This document shows positions 1 through 8,995 of a DNA stretch of 64,000 nt, one piece after another. The notes beneath the pieces are model-generated. The model had not been told where the DNA came from. It was given only the letters and a program-made list of their open reading frames with translations, and searched no databases. The position numbers and the translations under genes were made by a program. The DNA is from a virus (taxonomy: Duplodnaviria; Heunggongvirae; Uroviricota; Caudoviricetes): IMG/VR virus record IMGVR_UViG_3300048598_000131; one strand, 5' to 3'. Numbering within the stretch: position 1 is the stretch's first letter; the number at the start of each line of letters is the position of its first letter.

Positions 1-215
1 GTTATAAGGATGGGTTTGGTATTGATAGGGGAACAAGCACATGTTCGTTCCCGAAAGGGGAGGAGAAAATTCTTTATAAGGATTTGTACTTGGTAGAGGT
101 GAGTTGTGCGCGGTTGACTAGTCAAATGTGCTGGATGGTCTGAGAGTCTAACTAGGATATTTCTTCTGGAAGGGTTGGACGATTTTTCTGCTAATAAATA
201 GAAACTAAGTATATT

Positions 216-650
216 ATGATAAGATATGTTTTAGGATTCATGTTTTTGGACAACGAGCGTGTTGCGTTGATTCGTAAGAAACATCCAAAATGGCAAGAGG
301 GATGTTTAAACGGGATTGGCGGCAAAATCAATGATGGTGAGTTTCCCGACGCAGCAATGCAGCGAGAGTTTAAGGAGGAAACAGGTTTGGATACTTCACA
401 CGTCGGCTGGTATAAATTCTGTGTGATGGGAAATAGCTTGTTTGATTGCAAATGCTATACTGCGCATTGCTCGTTGCACGAGTGGGAGGCTATCGCCACT
501 CAGACCGATGAAGAGGTGGTAAAGCTGCCTATTAGCAAGATTAAGCAGCATAAGTGCATATCCAACGTGCCCTGGCTCGTTGAAATGGCTCTAAATGGCT
601 TGAATCATGATTTTGAGGCTGAAGTGCGCTATCCTTTTGAGAAGGAATAA
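216..650 (+). CDS. NUDIX (MutT-like) hydrolase
   Basis: Nudix box in the translation: GGKINDGEFPDAAMQREFKEETGL fits G-x5-E-x7-REUxEExGU. Preceded by an VALIRKK...W segment typical of Nudix folds. Start could also be the in-frame ATG at 240. Confidence 0.8.
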   Translation: MIRYVLGFMFLDNERVALIRKKHPKWQEGCLNGIGGKINDGEFPDAAMQREFKEETGLDTSHVGWYKFCVMGNSLFDCKCYTAHCSLHEWEAIATQTDEEVVKLPISKIKQHKCISNVPWLVEMALNGLNHDFEAEVRYPFEKE

Positions 651-652
651 TT

Positions 653-937
653 ATGATATATCCATACTCTGTAAATTTAAGCAATGAACAGCTAGTAAAG
701 CTGTTGAAAGATTTAAAGCACCTTGGAGTTGGCGGGCTACTTTCTGTAAGATTTAAAACAGAGAGCGGGCCAATTGAGGCGTTCACAGGTTATGTCTGGC
801 AACTTGATGCAAAGTATGAGCACGTGGTTCTGACGCAGATAGAAGAGCCCTACGCGTCAAAAGACCTTGTGATTAAGGACATTGTTAGCATTCTGTGGCG
901 TGATCCCCTTGTGTTCAACTGTTCAGGCGGCGAATAA
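653..937 (+). CDS. hypothetical protein
   Basis: 94-aa ORF tightly packed after the NUDIX gene (3-nt gap). No recognisable motif. Confidence 0.45.
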   Translation: MIYPYSVNLSNEQLVKLLKDLKHLGVGGLLSVRFKTESGPIEAFTGYVWQLDAKYEHVVLTQIEEPYASKDLVIKDIVSILWRDPLVFNCSGGE

Positions 938-980
938 ATTAAAAATAAATGTTGACAATGACGTAGATAATGTATACATT
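936..980 (+). promoter_or_regulatory. sigma70-type promoter with conserved A/T-rich upstream element (AAATTAAAAATAAATGTTGACA)
   Basis: TTGACA at 952-957. A TACATT -10-like hexamer follows 17 bp later at 975-980. The upstream AAATTAAAAATAAAT element recurs at at least 9 other sites in the window. The downstream ATGTATACATTT is shared with the 11.9-kb copy. Confidence 0.5.
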
Positions 981-1002
981 TTAGTCCAATAAATCTATTT
1001 TT

Positions 1003-1665
1003 ATGCACGAATACAGTAATCAATCAACTCCGGTAGAGCCTACCGAACAAAAAGTTAAAGCCAAAGCACGTAAGGTGCGCAAAACTGCTAAAGTCAGCAA
1101 AGCGCGGAATGCGTGTAAAGCGCGTAATCGATTGCTTGAGCGCACAAGCCGATTGCTTAAGGACTATGCGCAGTTGAAATCGCCATACTATGCGACTTAC
1201 GGTCCAGGTGTCGTTTATCCGGTGTTTAGTATCGTGAAGGTAGCACGAGATATCGCTACGGCAAAGTACGACAATTCTTTTTATCATGAAACTTGGTCGG
1301 ATCACCGTGCCGGGGTTGCTGCTAATGCACAGTCTGCTGTGAGCGAATTAAACGGTGTATTCACTAAGATAGGTAAGCTATCTCGATCATCGGTGGCTTG
1401 GACACCGCAGCATTCATTGTGTGCAACGGTATGTGTTGATCAAACGAATGTAACAGTGCCCTTATTTGCTGTGCACGTGTGTAATTGCGATGGCATAGAC
1501 GGTATCAAGATCGTGATCGGACCATCTGATCTGGCTGCTGAAGCTAACGCAGATAACGATAAGCCCGTGTTCATTCCTTTTACTAAGACAAACTACAAAG
1601 AGGCAATCAACACATTTCGGTTGTGGTGCACGGCTTATCTGTCTAACCTAATCGTAGTATATTAA
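1003..1665 (+). CDS. hypothetical protein, paralog family A (member 1, divergent)
   Basis: The C-terminus IPFTKTNYKEAINTFRLWCTAYLSNL is homologous to the C-termini of the next two ORFs (VPLLLYYTDNDYKSVLSTFRTWLIKYISNLL). Confidence 0.55.
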   Translation: MHEYSNQSTPVEPTEQKVKAKARKVRKTAKVSKARNACKARNRLLERTSRLLKDYAQLKSPYYATYGPGVVYPVFSIVKVARDIATAKYDNSFYHETWSDHRAGVAANAQSAVSELNGVFTKIGKLSRSSVAWTPQHSLCATVCVDQTNVTVPLFAVHVCNCDGIDGIKIVIGPSDLAAEANADNDKPVFIPFTKTNYKEAINTFRLWCTAYLSNLIVVY

Positions 1666-1668
1666 ATC

Positions 1669-2382
1669 ATGAAAAAATCAACAAAGCACAAAATGAATAA
1701 GTGCAACGGAATAACATCGGTTGAGATAGAGCGCATGCTTGAACTCGAAGGAAAAGCGCTTAAGCACACCATCAGTAAGGCTGAACAAGCTGAGCTTGAT
1801 GCACTCAGGGAAAGTCATCCAGATATTGATGCTAACGGATTGAGTGGGTTATACCTGCTTGGGAATCTTATAACAATAAACGCATTAGCAAATCAGTATG
1901 CAGGAAAACATACTGATGAGCGTCAAGAGCCTAAGAGCGAATGCAATGATGGTGACATATATGCTCAAGCTCAGACACGTGCAGCGGCTCGGAATAGCGC
2001 GGCTAGAGCTGAAGAGAAGGCGAAGGCTACCTGGTATGAGGTTAGGCTGGCTATTCAGCGCTATTTGCGCGATTTGGATGGCAAGTCTAGTAAGATCGGT
2101 AAGTTAGGAGTAGCGTTCGATAACGCACCAGATAATGACGAAATTGCTACGTTATACGCTACAAGTTCATGCGGTGAAGGTTTTACACTGTTCACGGTTG
2201 ATGCTACGCGTAATGCTACGAATGAAGGCTTTAAGGTGAGTGCTGGAAACTCCTCCTTGGCTGTATCTGCGAGCGAATATAGCGCTGTTCCTTTGTTGCT
2301 GTATTATACGGATAATGATTATAAGTCAGTGCTGTCTACTTTTAGAACGTGGCTCATTAAGTATATATCAAATCTTTTGTAA
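1669..2382 (+). CDS. hypothetical protein, paralog family A (member 2)
   Basis: 237 aa. The N-terminus MKKSTKHKMNKCNGITSVEIERMLELEGKALKHTISKAEQAELDAL and the C-terminus VPLLLYYTDNDYKSVLSTFRTWL are shared with 2410..3123. Confidence 0.6.
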   Translation: MKKSTKHKMNKCNGITSVEIERMLELEGKALKHTISKAEQAELDALRESHPDIDANGLSGLYLLGNLITINALANQYAGKHTDERQEPKSECNDGDIYAQAQTRAAARNSAARAEEKAKATWYEVRLAIQRYLRDLDGKSSKIGKLGVAFDNAPDNDEIATLYATSSCGEGFTLFTVDATRNATNEGFKVSAGNSSLAVSASEYSAVPLLLYYTDNDYKSVLSTFRTWLIKYISNLL

Positions 2383-2409
2383 TCCTTTAGCATTTTATTT
2401 TTATAAATT

Positions 2410-3123
2410 ATGAAAAAGCGTAATGAAGCAAACAAGTGTAAAGGTATGACAATGACTGAGGCAGAACGTTGGCTTGATCTCGGAATGAAGGAGCTTAAGC
2501 ATACCATCAGTCAGTCTGAGCAGGCCGAACTTGATGCACTCAATAAAAGCTATCCTAGCGCTGACATCAAAGCATTAAGTGCACTAACCTTATTGGTACG
2601 CACTTTGACTGGGGCTGTAGACACAAAAGTAGCGAGTGACTGTCAGTCTCAAGAGCCTAAGAGCGATGAGTCAAATAGTAGCGTATACTCTGATGCTGTG
2701 CAGCGAGCCGCAGACTTTCGGAAGGTGAAACCGACTAATTACACAGTAGGAAGCGTTGTCGAGCTTAAAGTTAGATCGGCTGTTCAGGACTACTTGAAAG
2801 AGCTGGACAATAAATCTGTTATATTTGATAGGCTTAACAAGCTTAGAACGCTTACACCTGAGAGTAACGTGTCTACGACTGAAATTGCTTCGTTGAAGGC
2901 TACAACTTCGTGCGGTGAAGACATTACTCTGTTTATTGTTACGGCTGTGTGCGCGAATGGTAAACAGGGCATTAAGGTGAATGTCGGGCCTACAGACATA
3001 GCAATAGCTTCAAATAATTACAGCGAAGTTCCGCTATTGTTAGTATATACAGACGATGATTATGCGACAATGCTCAGCACTTTTAGAACTTGGCTGGTAG
3101 ATTATGTCGCACGCTTGCTGTAA
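2410..3123 (+). CDS. hypothetical protein, paralog family A (member 3)
   Basis: 237 aa, same length as 1669..2382. Carries the conserved KCKGMTMTEAERWLDLGMKELKHTISQSEQAELDAL and VPLLLVYTDDDYATMLSTFRTWL blocks. Confidence 0.6.
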   Translation: MKKRNEANKCKGMTMTEAERWLDLGMKELKHTISQSEQAELDALNKSYPSADIKALSALTLLVRTLTGAVDTKVASDCQSQEPKSDESNSSVYSDAVQRAADFRKVKPTNYTVGSVVELKVRSAVQDYLKELDNKSVIFDRLNKLRTLTPESNVSTTEIASLKATTSCGEDITLFIVTAVCANGKQGIKVNVGPTDIAIASNNYSEVPLLLVYTDDDYATMLSTFRTWLVDYVARLL

Positions 3124-3153
3124 CGACCTAATAGCTCTATTACATAAAATAGT

Positions 3154-3381
3154 ATGAATATCGATACATTTAAGCCCCTAGTCATTGAGAGACCTGTGCT
3201 AAAGTCTAAAACCGTCGCTTATGGTAATTTAGCCGCTGGCTGCTTCTTTGAAATAGGTAGCGAAGTATTTATTGCCATGGGCTCTGCTGAGAAGGCTTTT
3301 AGCCTTAAGAGTTTTTCAGTTAAGACTCTGCGTATGGACACGCTAGTTCTTCCACTTCGCGGTAGAGTAGTCATAGACTAA
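3154..3381 (+). CDS. small protein, paralog family B (G-VF...LF-AM...AFSL...LV-PL motif), member 1
   Basis: 75 aa. Shares the motif GCFFEIGSEVFIAMGSAEKAFSLKSF...DTLVLPL with the five downstream ORFs. Confidence 0.55.
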   Translation: MNIDTFKPLVIERPVLKSKTVAYGNLAAGCFFEIGSEVFIAMGSAEKAFSLKSFSVKTLRMDTLVLPLRGRVVID

Positions 3382-3387
3382 AAAGCT

Positions 3388-3630
3388 ATGGATACAAAAT
3401 GCTACGTAGTAAGGCCAGTATCCACCGCACATGATGCAAATAAGAATGAGCGTGTGCCTTATTCTAGCCTATCTCCTGGCGCCGTGTTTGTACTGGATGA
3501 CGAGCTGTTTATGGCCATAGCAACTAGTATGGAGGAGGCCTTTAGTCTTGATTCATATAAAATTAAGGAGATAGGCGGAGATACTTTAGTTATCCCTTTG
3601 CATGATGTAATATTGAGTTTAATAAAATAA
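3388..3630 (+). CDS. small protein, paralog family B, member 2
   Basis: Contains GAVFVLDDELFMAIATSMEEAFSLDSY...DTLVIPL. Confidence 0.55.
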   Translation: MDTKCYVVRPVSTAHDANKNERVPYSSLSPGAVFVLDDELFMAIATSMEEAFSLDSYKIKEIGGDTLVIPLHDVILSLIK

Positions 3631-3635
3631 ACGCT

Positions 3636-3869
3636 ATGAAATCGAATAATAAACCTATGCGAATAAAGCGTGAATCACACGCGTGTAAGGCAATAGCTTA
3701 TGACGTTATAGAGCCTGGATGCGTATTTGAGAGCGAAGGTGAGCTGTTCATAGCTATGTCCACGACTGTTGGTGCGGCTTTTAGTTTAAAGACTTTTGAG
3801 ATTAAGCCAGTGAATTTAGATGTCCTCGTTACACCATTACGCAGTGCAACTTTAACCTTGGTTGATTAA
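3636..3869 (+). CDS. small protein, paralog family B, member 3
   Basis: Contains GCVFESEGELFIAMSTTVGAAFSLKTF...DVLVTPL. Confidence 0.55.
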   Translation: MKSNNKPMRIKRESHACKAIAYDVIEPGCVFESEGELFIAMSTTVGAAFSLKTFEIKPVNLDVLVTPLRSATLTLVD

Positions 3870-3874
3870 GCAGT

Positions 3875-4162
3875 ATGAAATTAAATAAAACAAAATCTAA
3901 GGAGTCAGATACTGAGGAGTTTACACCACTGATTATCACGCGCGAAAAACCGCAGCCCAAGAAGTATGCGTGTAGAACATTACAGGCGGGCACGGTATTC
4001 GAGTTCGAAGAAAATCTATACCTGATAATGTCGAACAAGGATGGACACAATAGTGGTGTCGAATTTCCGGTTTTTTGCCTTAGTACGTGCACCGTTAATT
4101 ACATAAGTTCAGATGCACTTGTGCGTCCAGTGAAGAGCGCAGAATTGACTATAAATTACTAA
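3875..4162 (+). CDS. small protein, paralog family B, member 4
   Basis: Contains GTVFEFEENLYLIMS...ALVRPV. Confidence 0.5.
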   Translation: MKLNKTKSKESDTEEFTPLIITREKPQPKKYACRTLQAGTVFEFEENLYLIMSNKDGHNSGVEFPVFCLSTCTVNYISSDALVRPVKSAELTINY

Positions 4163-4167
4163 GTAAT

Positions 4168-4464
4168 ATGAAAGAACAAGAAAACAACAACAATGAGTCT
4201 AGTTCAGCTGAGCTTAATCAGGCAGGTGCCCCTGAATTTGCACAAATCGCTGTGCACGTTGCCAAGAGAAAGCCTAAGCTAGTGAAGCTTAGGCATCTAG
4301 GCGTTGGTCGTGTGTTTAAATTTGAGGATAAGCTGTATCTATCAGTCGACTACGTGAATAACGATAGTTACGCTTTGCTCTTGGAATCATTTTCTCTGCG
4401 CCATGTAGGTGCAGATTCTCTAGTGCAGCCCTTGTACAATTCGGTGATACTTGCAGAAGACTAG
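4168..4464 (+). CDS. small protein, paralog family B, member 5
   Basis: Contains GRVFKFEDKLYLSV...SFSLRHV..DSLVQPL. Confidence 0.5.
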   Translation: MKEQENNNNESSSAELNQAGAPEFAQIAVHVAKRKPKLVKLRHLGVGRVFKFEDKLYLSVDYVNNDSYALLLESFSLRHVGADSLVQPLYNSVILAED

Positions 4465-4783
4465 CTACAACAGACTAAAAATAGGATATACTATGATGCC
4501 AAATGATACAGCAGAACATGGAGAAATGCCTGCAAGCTTTAGCAGACTCGTTGCCGATAAGTCCGAGCAGTTGTCCGTGCGCTATGTTGAGCGTGAGGCT
4601 GAGGAAGTCCGTTACAGTACCCTGTGTGTAGGACAAGTGTTCAAGTATAAGGGTATACCTTACGTAGCTGCGATCTCGGAAACAGGTTCGGCATTTAACC
4701 TACATGCGTTTAAGATGGATTGCATTGGCCGTGAGGCACTCGTTCGTCCGTTGCACAATCCAGTGCTAAGCGTATCGCGTTAA
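4451..4783 (+). CDS. small protein, paralog family B, member 6
   Basis: Contains GQVFKYKGIPYVAAISETGSAFNLHAF...EALVRPL. The real start may be the ATG at 4493. Confidence 0.5.
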   Translation: MQKTSYNRLKIGYTMMPNDTAEHGEMPASFSRLVADKSEQLSVRYVEREAEEVRYSTLCVGQVFKYKGIPYVAAISETGSAFNLHAFKMDCIGREALVRPLHNPVLSVSR

Positions 4784-4788
4784 TCGGT

Positions 4789-5094
4789 ATGAGAACAAAA
4801 AGTGTTGATCTGGAATTTAAGGTGCATACGCGACGGCTTTTGCAAGAGATTGCTAACCATACAAATCAGCCGACACTGTGTCAGCCTTTGAGTATATTTG
4901 CCTCTATCTTAGTTCAGGTCGCTACCAGGGCCTCTGAGCTGAATGATGACAGGCTGAATGCACTGATGTGCCAGTTGGCGCTCTACGATGTCGCAGATCC
5001 TGATAGCGCGTTATACGACGTAAAGCTAGTTGAATCAATCATTGCTAAAGGAGAAATTCATGAAGACAAAACACAAGACAAAGCTGTCGTCTAA
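4789..5094 (+). CDS. hypothetical protein
   Basis: 101-aa ORF. Its 3' end overlaps the Lar-like ORF that follows. Confidence 0.4.
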   Translation: MRTKSVDLEFKVHTRRLLQEIANHTNQPTLCQPLSIFASILVQVATRASELNDDRLNALMCQLALYDVADPDSALYDVKLVESIIAKGEIHEDKTQDKAVV

Positions 5095-5296
5095 AGCGAA
5101 GATCGTTTTAAAACCTTGCCCGTTCTGCGGTAATACCAATATAGAGATTCGGTCAAATGGCATTGGAGACTACTACTGTATCTGTGCTGGCCATGATGAT
5201 GACGACGAAGGCTGTGGTGCTCGAACAGATGATGCTAGGTGCGAAATACAGGAGCAAGCGATTGAGCGTTGGAATAGGCGCTGTGCGAAGGATTAG
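5060..5296 (+). CDS. Lar-family zinc-ribbon protein (restriction-alleviation-like)
   Basis: Contains KPCPFCG...YYCIC..C.......AIERWNRRC, i.e. a CxxC..CxC zinc ribbon plus a C-terminal W-N-R-R, typical of Lar family. Start chosen at the ATG at 5060, preceded by AAAGGAGAAATTC (strong SD). The longest ORF begins at 5030. Confidence 0.6.
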   Translation: MKTKHKTKLSSKAKIVLKPCPFCGNTNIEIRSNGIGDYYCICAGHDDDDEGCGARTDDARCEIQEQAIERWNRRCAKD

Positions 5297-5298
5297 CC

Positions 5299-5493
5299 AT
5301 GAATAAGCTAGAAGAGGCGCTTAGCATGTTGAAGCACGTGCAGTGGGTTGAATACTACAATCCCGATAGTGGTATAGATTGTTTTTGTCCTGTCTGTCGA
5401 GCGGACATGAACGTCGGGCACTATGCTAGCTGCGAGCTGGCTAACCTGATTAATAGAATCCAGCAGGAGTTAGCCGTGAAGAAGACTGAGTAA
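5299..5493 (+). CDS. small CxxC zinc-ribbon protein
   Basis: 64 aa with CFCPVCRAD...C. Confidence 0.45.
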   Translation: MNKLEEALSMLKHVQWVEYYNPDSGIDCFCPVCRADMNVGHYASCELANLINRIQQELAVKKTE

Positions 5494-5507
5494 TTGAATA
5501 CGCGTAT

Positions 5508-5945
5508 ATGAACGATGTATATAGTTTATACTGCCTATTTGCATATAAGCCTTTTAGCATTGATGAGGATGGAATGATACATCAAGGTGCCTCCATAGTG
5601 CGGCAAGACGTCAGAAAGATGAGTATCATTGAGCATGTTCAGCTTATTCTAAGCGTCAATGCACACTTGGCTAAAGATGAGCTGGGCTTTGGAGAGATTA
5701 AAATTGCACAGAGCCGACACATGTATGTCGAAGGTGATGAAGATGATAACGAATTTGATCCGACAGATTACGGTATGTATTTCTGGTTAAAGGAGTCAAG
5801 CCGTGAATATCAGGAGATCATAGCAGAAGCGAAGGCACGCAATATTGTTCTAGGCCACATAGAAAAAGTTGAAAATGAAATACAGCCTGAAGCTAAAGAG
5901 CGAGCGCTGTACAAACGATTAAAGGAAAAATATGAAGGAAAATAG
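5508..5945 (+). CDS. hypothetical protein
   Basis: 145-aa ORF. Begins YSLYCLFAYKPFS, similar to the start of the next ORF (YLYCIIAYKRNS). Confidence 0.5.
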   Translation: MNDVYSLYCLFAYKPFSIDEDGMIHQGASIVRQDVRKMSIIEHVQLILSVNAHLAKDELGFGEIKIAQSRHMYVEGDEDDNEFDPTDYGMYFWLKESSREYQEIIAEAKARNIVLGHIEKVENEIQPEAKERALYKRLKEKYEGK

Positions 5946-6411
5946 TCTTATCCATGAACCTGCGCCTGATAATAAAGGCCAGTATCTTTACTGTATAATT
6001 GCATATAAGCGCAATAGTGGTTGTATTGACTACGGCTTATATTCTAGTGATAGTATTCTACGTAGGCATATATCAGAGGCTGATGTCACTGCTGAGTGGT
6101 CAAACATAATGTGGATAGATGCACAACGTGAGAATGATGAGGTTGCTTACGAAGATGTCAACATATTAAAGAGCACACGTGCTATTGGTGAGGATGAATT
6201 ATGGGATGACGTTCCTTACGTCTGGTTGAATGGCTACAGCGATGAAGCTAAACGGTTGTACGTAAAGGCGGAAGAGATTTTTGTTCAGAGGATGCAGAAA
6301 GAAAAGGATGAGAAGGCTGCTAGAGAAAAGCAGGAATCGGAGGAAAATATAGCACGTGTGCAGGCCGAAGAAAGGCGTGAATACGAACGGTTAAGAGCTA
6401 AGTTCGAATGA
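5932..6411 (+). CDS. hypothetical protein (paralog of 5508..5945 N-terminal region; Glu/Lys-rich C-terminus)
   Basis: 159 aa. The N-terminal block QYLYCIIAYKRNSGCIDYG resembles that of the preceding ORF. Confidence 0.5.
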   Translation: MKENSLIHEPAPDNKGQYLYCIIAYKRNSGCIDYGLYSSDSILRRHISEADVTAEWSNIMWIDAQRENDEVAYEDVNILKSTRAIGEDELWDDVPYVWLNGYSDEAKRLYVKAEEIFVQRMQKEKDEKAAREKQESEENIARVQAEERREYERLRAKFE

Positions 6412-6426
6412 TAGGACAAGCCGTAT

Positions 6427-6684
6427 TTGTGTTACCAGAGGCAATTAAGTTTATGGGGAGGTGCTACGAAAATATATACTAAGCCAGATAAAAATTGCCC
6501 ATCGTGTAGTGGGACAGGAATTACTGATACCGGTGGTTTCACTCCGTGGGGAAGTCCTATTTTTGACAAGTGTCCTTGCATCACGCTGGTTGAAGTTGCT
6601 GATTCTAGGAAAAGACATAATAGGTCTTTATACTGTTTAAATAGTAAGTTTAAACAGAAATACGCTAAACGTGTTTCTGTTTAG
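6427..6684 (+). CDS. hypothetical Cys-containing small protein
   Basis: 85-aa ORF containing CPSCSGTG...CPC. Confidence 0.4.
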   Translation: MCYQRQLSLWGGATKIYTKPDKNCPSCSGTGITDTGGFTPWGSPIFDKCPCITLVEVADSRKRHNRSLYCLNSKFKQKYAKRVSV

Positions 6685-6687
6685 TTT

Positions 6688-6957
6688 TTGCAAAGTTTTA
6701 TGAGTGTAGAAGTTGATATTAAGTGTCTTAACTCGTGCAATGCTTTTGAACATGATCCGTGGAGCGTCGTAGCGGACCGTTTAAAGCCATACAGCATCAG
6801 TCTTAATGGCTATATCAATGAGATGGATTGGATTGGCTATGCCACTTGGCGCAATGTTAAGGTGGTGATTTCTACAGAAGACGGGTTATGCGCAGAATTT
6901 AATCTATCAGCTCCAGTGCCCTGTAGCGCTAAGTTTAAAAATGTTAGGATAATTTAG
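6688..6957 (+). CDS. hypothetical protein
   Basis: 89-aa ORF lying 3 nt after the previous stop. Confidence 0.45.
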   Translation: MQSFMSVEVDIKCLNSCNAFEHDPWSVVADRLKPYSISLNGYINEMDWIGYATWRNVKVVISTEDGLCAEFNLSAPVPCSAKFKNVRII

Positions 6958-6970
6958 ATATTACTCCGTT

Positions 6971-7387
6971 ATGACTAGAGTATCATCACCTGTTCCATTA
7001 GACTGCACTAAAGCGCGCTATATTGAGGAGGTGGATTTCATAGGTAACACTACACTTTTCTGGCAGTATGAGATCGAGCACGGAAAAGTCACGCACATGA
7101 GCGTGGATAGCCTTGTAGTAGAAGGCAGGCTATTTGTTACAACAGAGATATTAGAGAAGCAGATGCTTAATGGTAAAAAGAAATGGAAAGAGCCAGAGGC
7201 GGTGGCTAACTATTTTCGAAGCGGTTTCAAGTTAGAGATTCTGCCTAAGGATTGGAATATTTACATGATACGTCACTATCCGCTTACAGTCAAAACACTT
7301 TCGATACTAGTTCCTGGAGGCTTATACTTGGATTTTGTTAAGCGCAGAGCCACAGTGTCTTATGGATATAATTTGTGCTATAACTAG
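6971..7387 (+). CDS. hypothetical protein
   Basis: 138-aa ORF. Confidence 0.5.
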   Translation: MTRVSSPVPLDCTKARYIEEVDFIGNTTLFWQYEIEHGKVTHMSVDSLVVEGRLFVTTEILEKQMLNGKKKWKEPEAVANYFRSGFKLEILPKDWNIYMIRHYPLTVKTLSILVPGGLYLDFVKRRATVSYGYNLCYN

Positions 7388-7390
7388 CCA

Positions 7391-7434
7391 AATTAAATAA
7401 ATTTGTTGACGATTGAACTGTTCAATGATAGATT
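7391..7434 (+). promoter_or_regulatory. sigma70-type promoter (AATTAAATAAATTTGTTGACG ... TAGATT)
   Basis: TTGACG at 7406-7411. After a 17-bp spacer, TAGATT at 7429-7434. The predicted TSS falls at about 7441, i.e. at the ATG at 7442. Confidence 0.5.
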
Positions 7435-7441
7435 GTGTACT

Positions 7442-8005
7442 ATGAATATCTCATTGGCCATGTTTGATGATTGCGATGAATCTGAACTCACCGCGATTGA
7501 AGTATCGGCAAAAGCCGAGCTTGAAACGGCTGCTACAGCCGCATGTAAGGATTGGGCGCAGAAAGGCGATTGGGGTGAAAATGGCGCCGTTGTTCATGTG
7601 CATTGGGAAGTTGTTGGTGTGGATGGAAGTACGGCGCACGAGTTGGTCGGGGAATCGGGTGATGTGGATGTTGAAATTGAGCCAGATCATGCGAGCTTAA
7701 TCAGGCGGTGCGGCGGCGCAGATCACAAGACAGAGGATGGTCGATGTGGCTCAGATCCAGCCAGCCATGACTGGACAAGCGCAGGCGAAGATGGGTGCTC
7801 GGACAATCCAGGTGTATTTGCACTCGGAGGCACCAAGATAGAATACAACACGCATTGCCGACGCTGCGGACTGCACCGAAGGATAATTAATCCAGGTGAA
7901 GCTCGGAATCGTGATGATCATGCAGTGTATGAATATCACATGTTGACCGATGACGCAATCTCTCAGCACCGTAATGAGGGCAGCATGGATAGTGATTTAG
8001 ATTAA
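7442..8005 (+). CDS. hypothetical protein (acidic, His/Cys-containing)
   Basis: The ORF-track start at 7403 is a TTG that lies inside the promoter -35 element. The in-frame ATG at 7442 is more plausible and may give a leaderless mRNA. Confidence 0.5.
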   Translation: MNISLAMFDDCDESELTAIEVSAKAELETAATAACKDWAQKGDWGENGAVVHVHWEVVGVDGSTAHELVGESGDVDVEIEPDHASLIRRCGGADHKTEDGRCGSDPASHDWTSAGEDGCSDNPGVFALGGTKIEYNTHCRRCGLHRRIINPGEARNRDDHAVYEYHMLTDDAISQHRNEGSMDSDLD

Positions 8006-8011
8006 CAGTTT

Positions 8012-8497
8012 ATGAATATTTTTTCTTGGTTCAAACGAAAGAATCCAAACAGCTTGATTCAGATCGATTATGGTAAGCTCAGCGATCGAGTGCTGAAGGA
8101 CATAGAGAGCAATTTTAGGTTTGAGCCACGCGGGTTTAATTTGAGCGATGCGGATCGAGCCTTTTTAGGCGTTGACATAAAAGTAACAGAGATCACGGCT
8201 TACTACTGCACGCCTGAGACTTCTCTATGGGAAAAGGACCGAAGATGCTATTATTTGTTTGTCGTAGATAAGAGCAGATTTACTGAGACTGTCGGAGGTC
8301 CTATCTACTATATTTCGCCTTACTACACTAGTTTAAGCAATTATCAATTTTCACAGCTGAGATTTCGAGACGCTAAGCAATTGGCGGATTTCACTGCGGC
8401 TATAACGCGCTTGCAGTTTAGGCTTAGCACGAACACAACTAATGCTCACGCTAAGCGCATTCTTAGCTGTTTTCCAGGCGTGGATTATAAGTTATAA
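8012..8497 (+). CDS. hypothetical protein, paralog family C (member 1)
   Basis: MNIFSWFKRKNPNSLIQIDYGKLSDRVLKDIESNF is similar to the start of 8504..8995. Confidence 0.55.
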   Translation: MNIFSWFKRKNPNSLIQIDYGKLSDRVLKDIESNFRFEPRGFNLSDADRAFLGVDIKVTEITAYYCTPETSLWEKDRRCYYLFVVDKSRFTETVGGPIYYISPYYTSLSNYQFSQLRFRDAKQLADFTAAITRLQFRLSTNTTNAHAKRILSCFPGVDYKL

Positions 8498-8503
8498 CTT
8501 AGC

Positions 8504-8995
8504 ATGAATATTTTAGCTCTATTCAAGCGAAAGAAGCTTAGTGTGTCACTTGAGCTTGATTACTGTAAACTCAGTAATCAAGTGATCAAGGACATGGAAG
8601 ACGTGTCCAAGTTTGAGGAGCGTGAATCGGATTTTACAGATAAATTGAAGTCATTCGCAGGTTGTAAAGCCGATTCAGATGCTATATGCCTTTTCTATTG
8701 CAATGTTAATCCGTCCATGTGGCTAAAGTATAGGTGTCCTTACTATTTGATTAGAGTAGACTACAGTTGGAATAGCGAGAGCAGCGATTTTGGATACTAC
8801 ATTGCGCCTGCGTCTCAGACCACGGCTTGCACTGAATTTACTCGGCTTCGTTTTGAGAACGAGGATCATCATAAAGCTTTTGTGACAGCTTTTGATAATG
8901 TATACTTAGCATTATCTAGCAAGCATAACAGCGCTAAGTACAGAGATATTGCAGAATGTTTTCCAGATGTAGTGCATAAAAGCTATGAGCATTAA
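8504..8995 (+). CDS. hypothetical protein, paralog family C (member 2)
   Basis: MNILALFKRKKLSVSLELDYCKLSNQVIKDMEDVS. The two genes have nearly equal lengths (163 and 161 aa). Confidence 0.55.
   Translation: MNILALFKRKKLSVSLELDYCKLSNQVIKDMEDVSKFEERESDFTDKLKSFAGCKADSDAICLFYCNVNPSMWLKYRCPYYLIRVDYSWNSESSDFGYYIAPASQTTACTEFTRLRFENEDHHKAFVTAFDNVYLALSSKHNSAKYRDIAECFPDVVHKSYEH

Noticed and set aside
114-125. 12-bp palindrome TTGACTAGTCAA upstream of the NUDIX gene as a promoter/operator
   Set aside because: It contains a TTGACT -35-like box but has no convincing -10 at 16-18 bp. It lacks the conserved upstream A/T element seen at the other promoters. Noted but not called.
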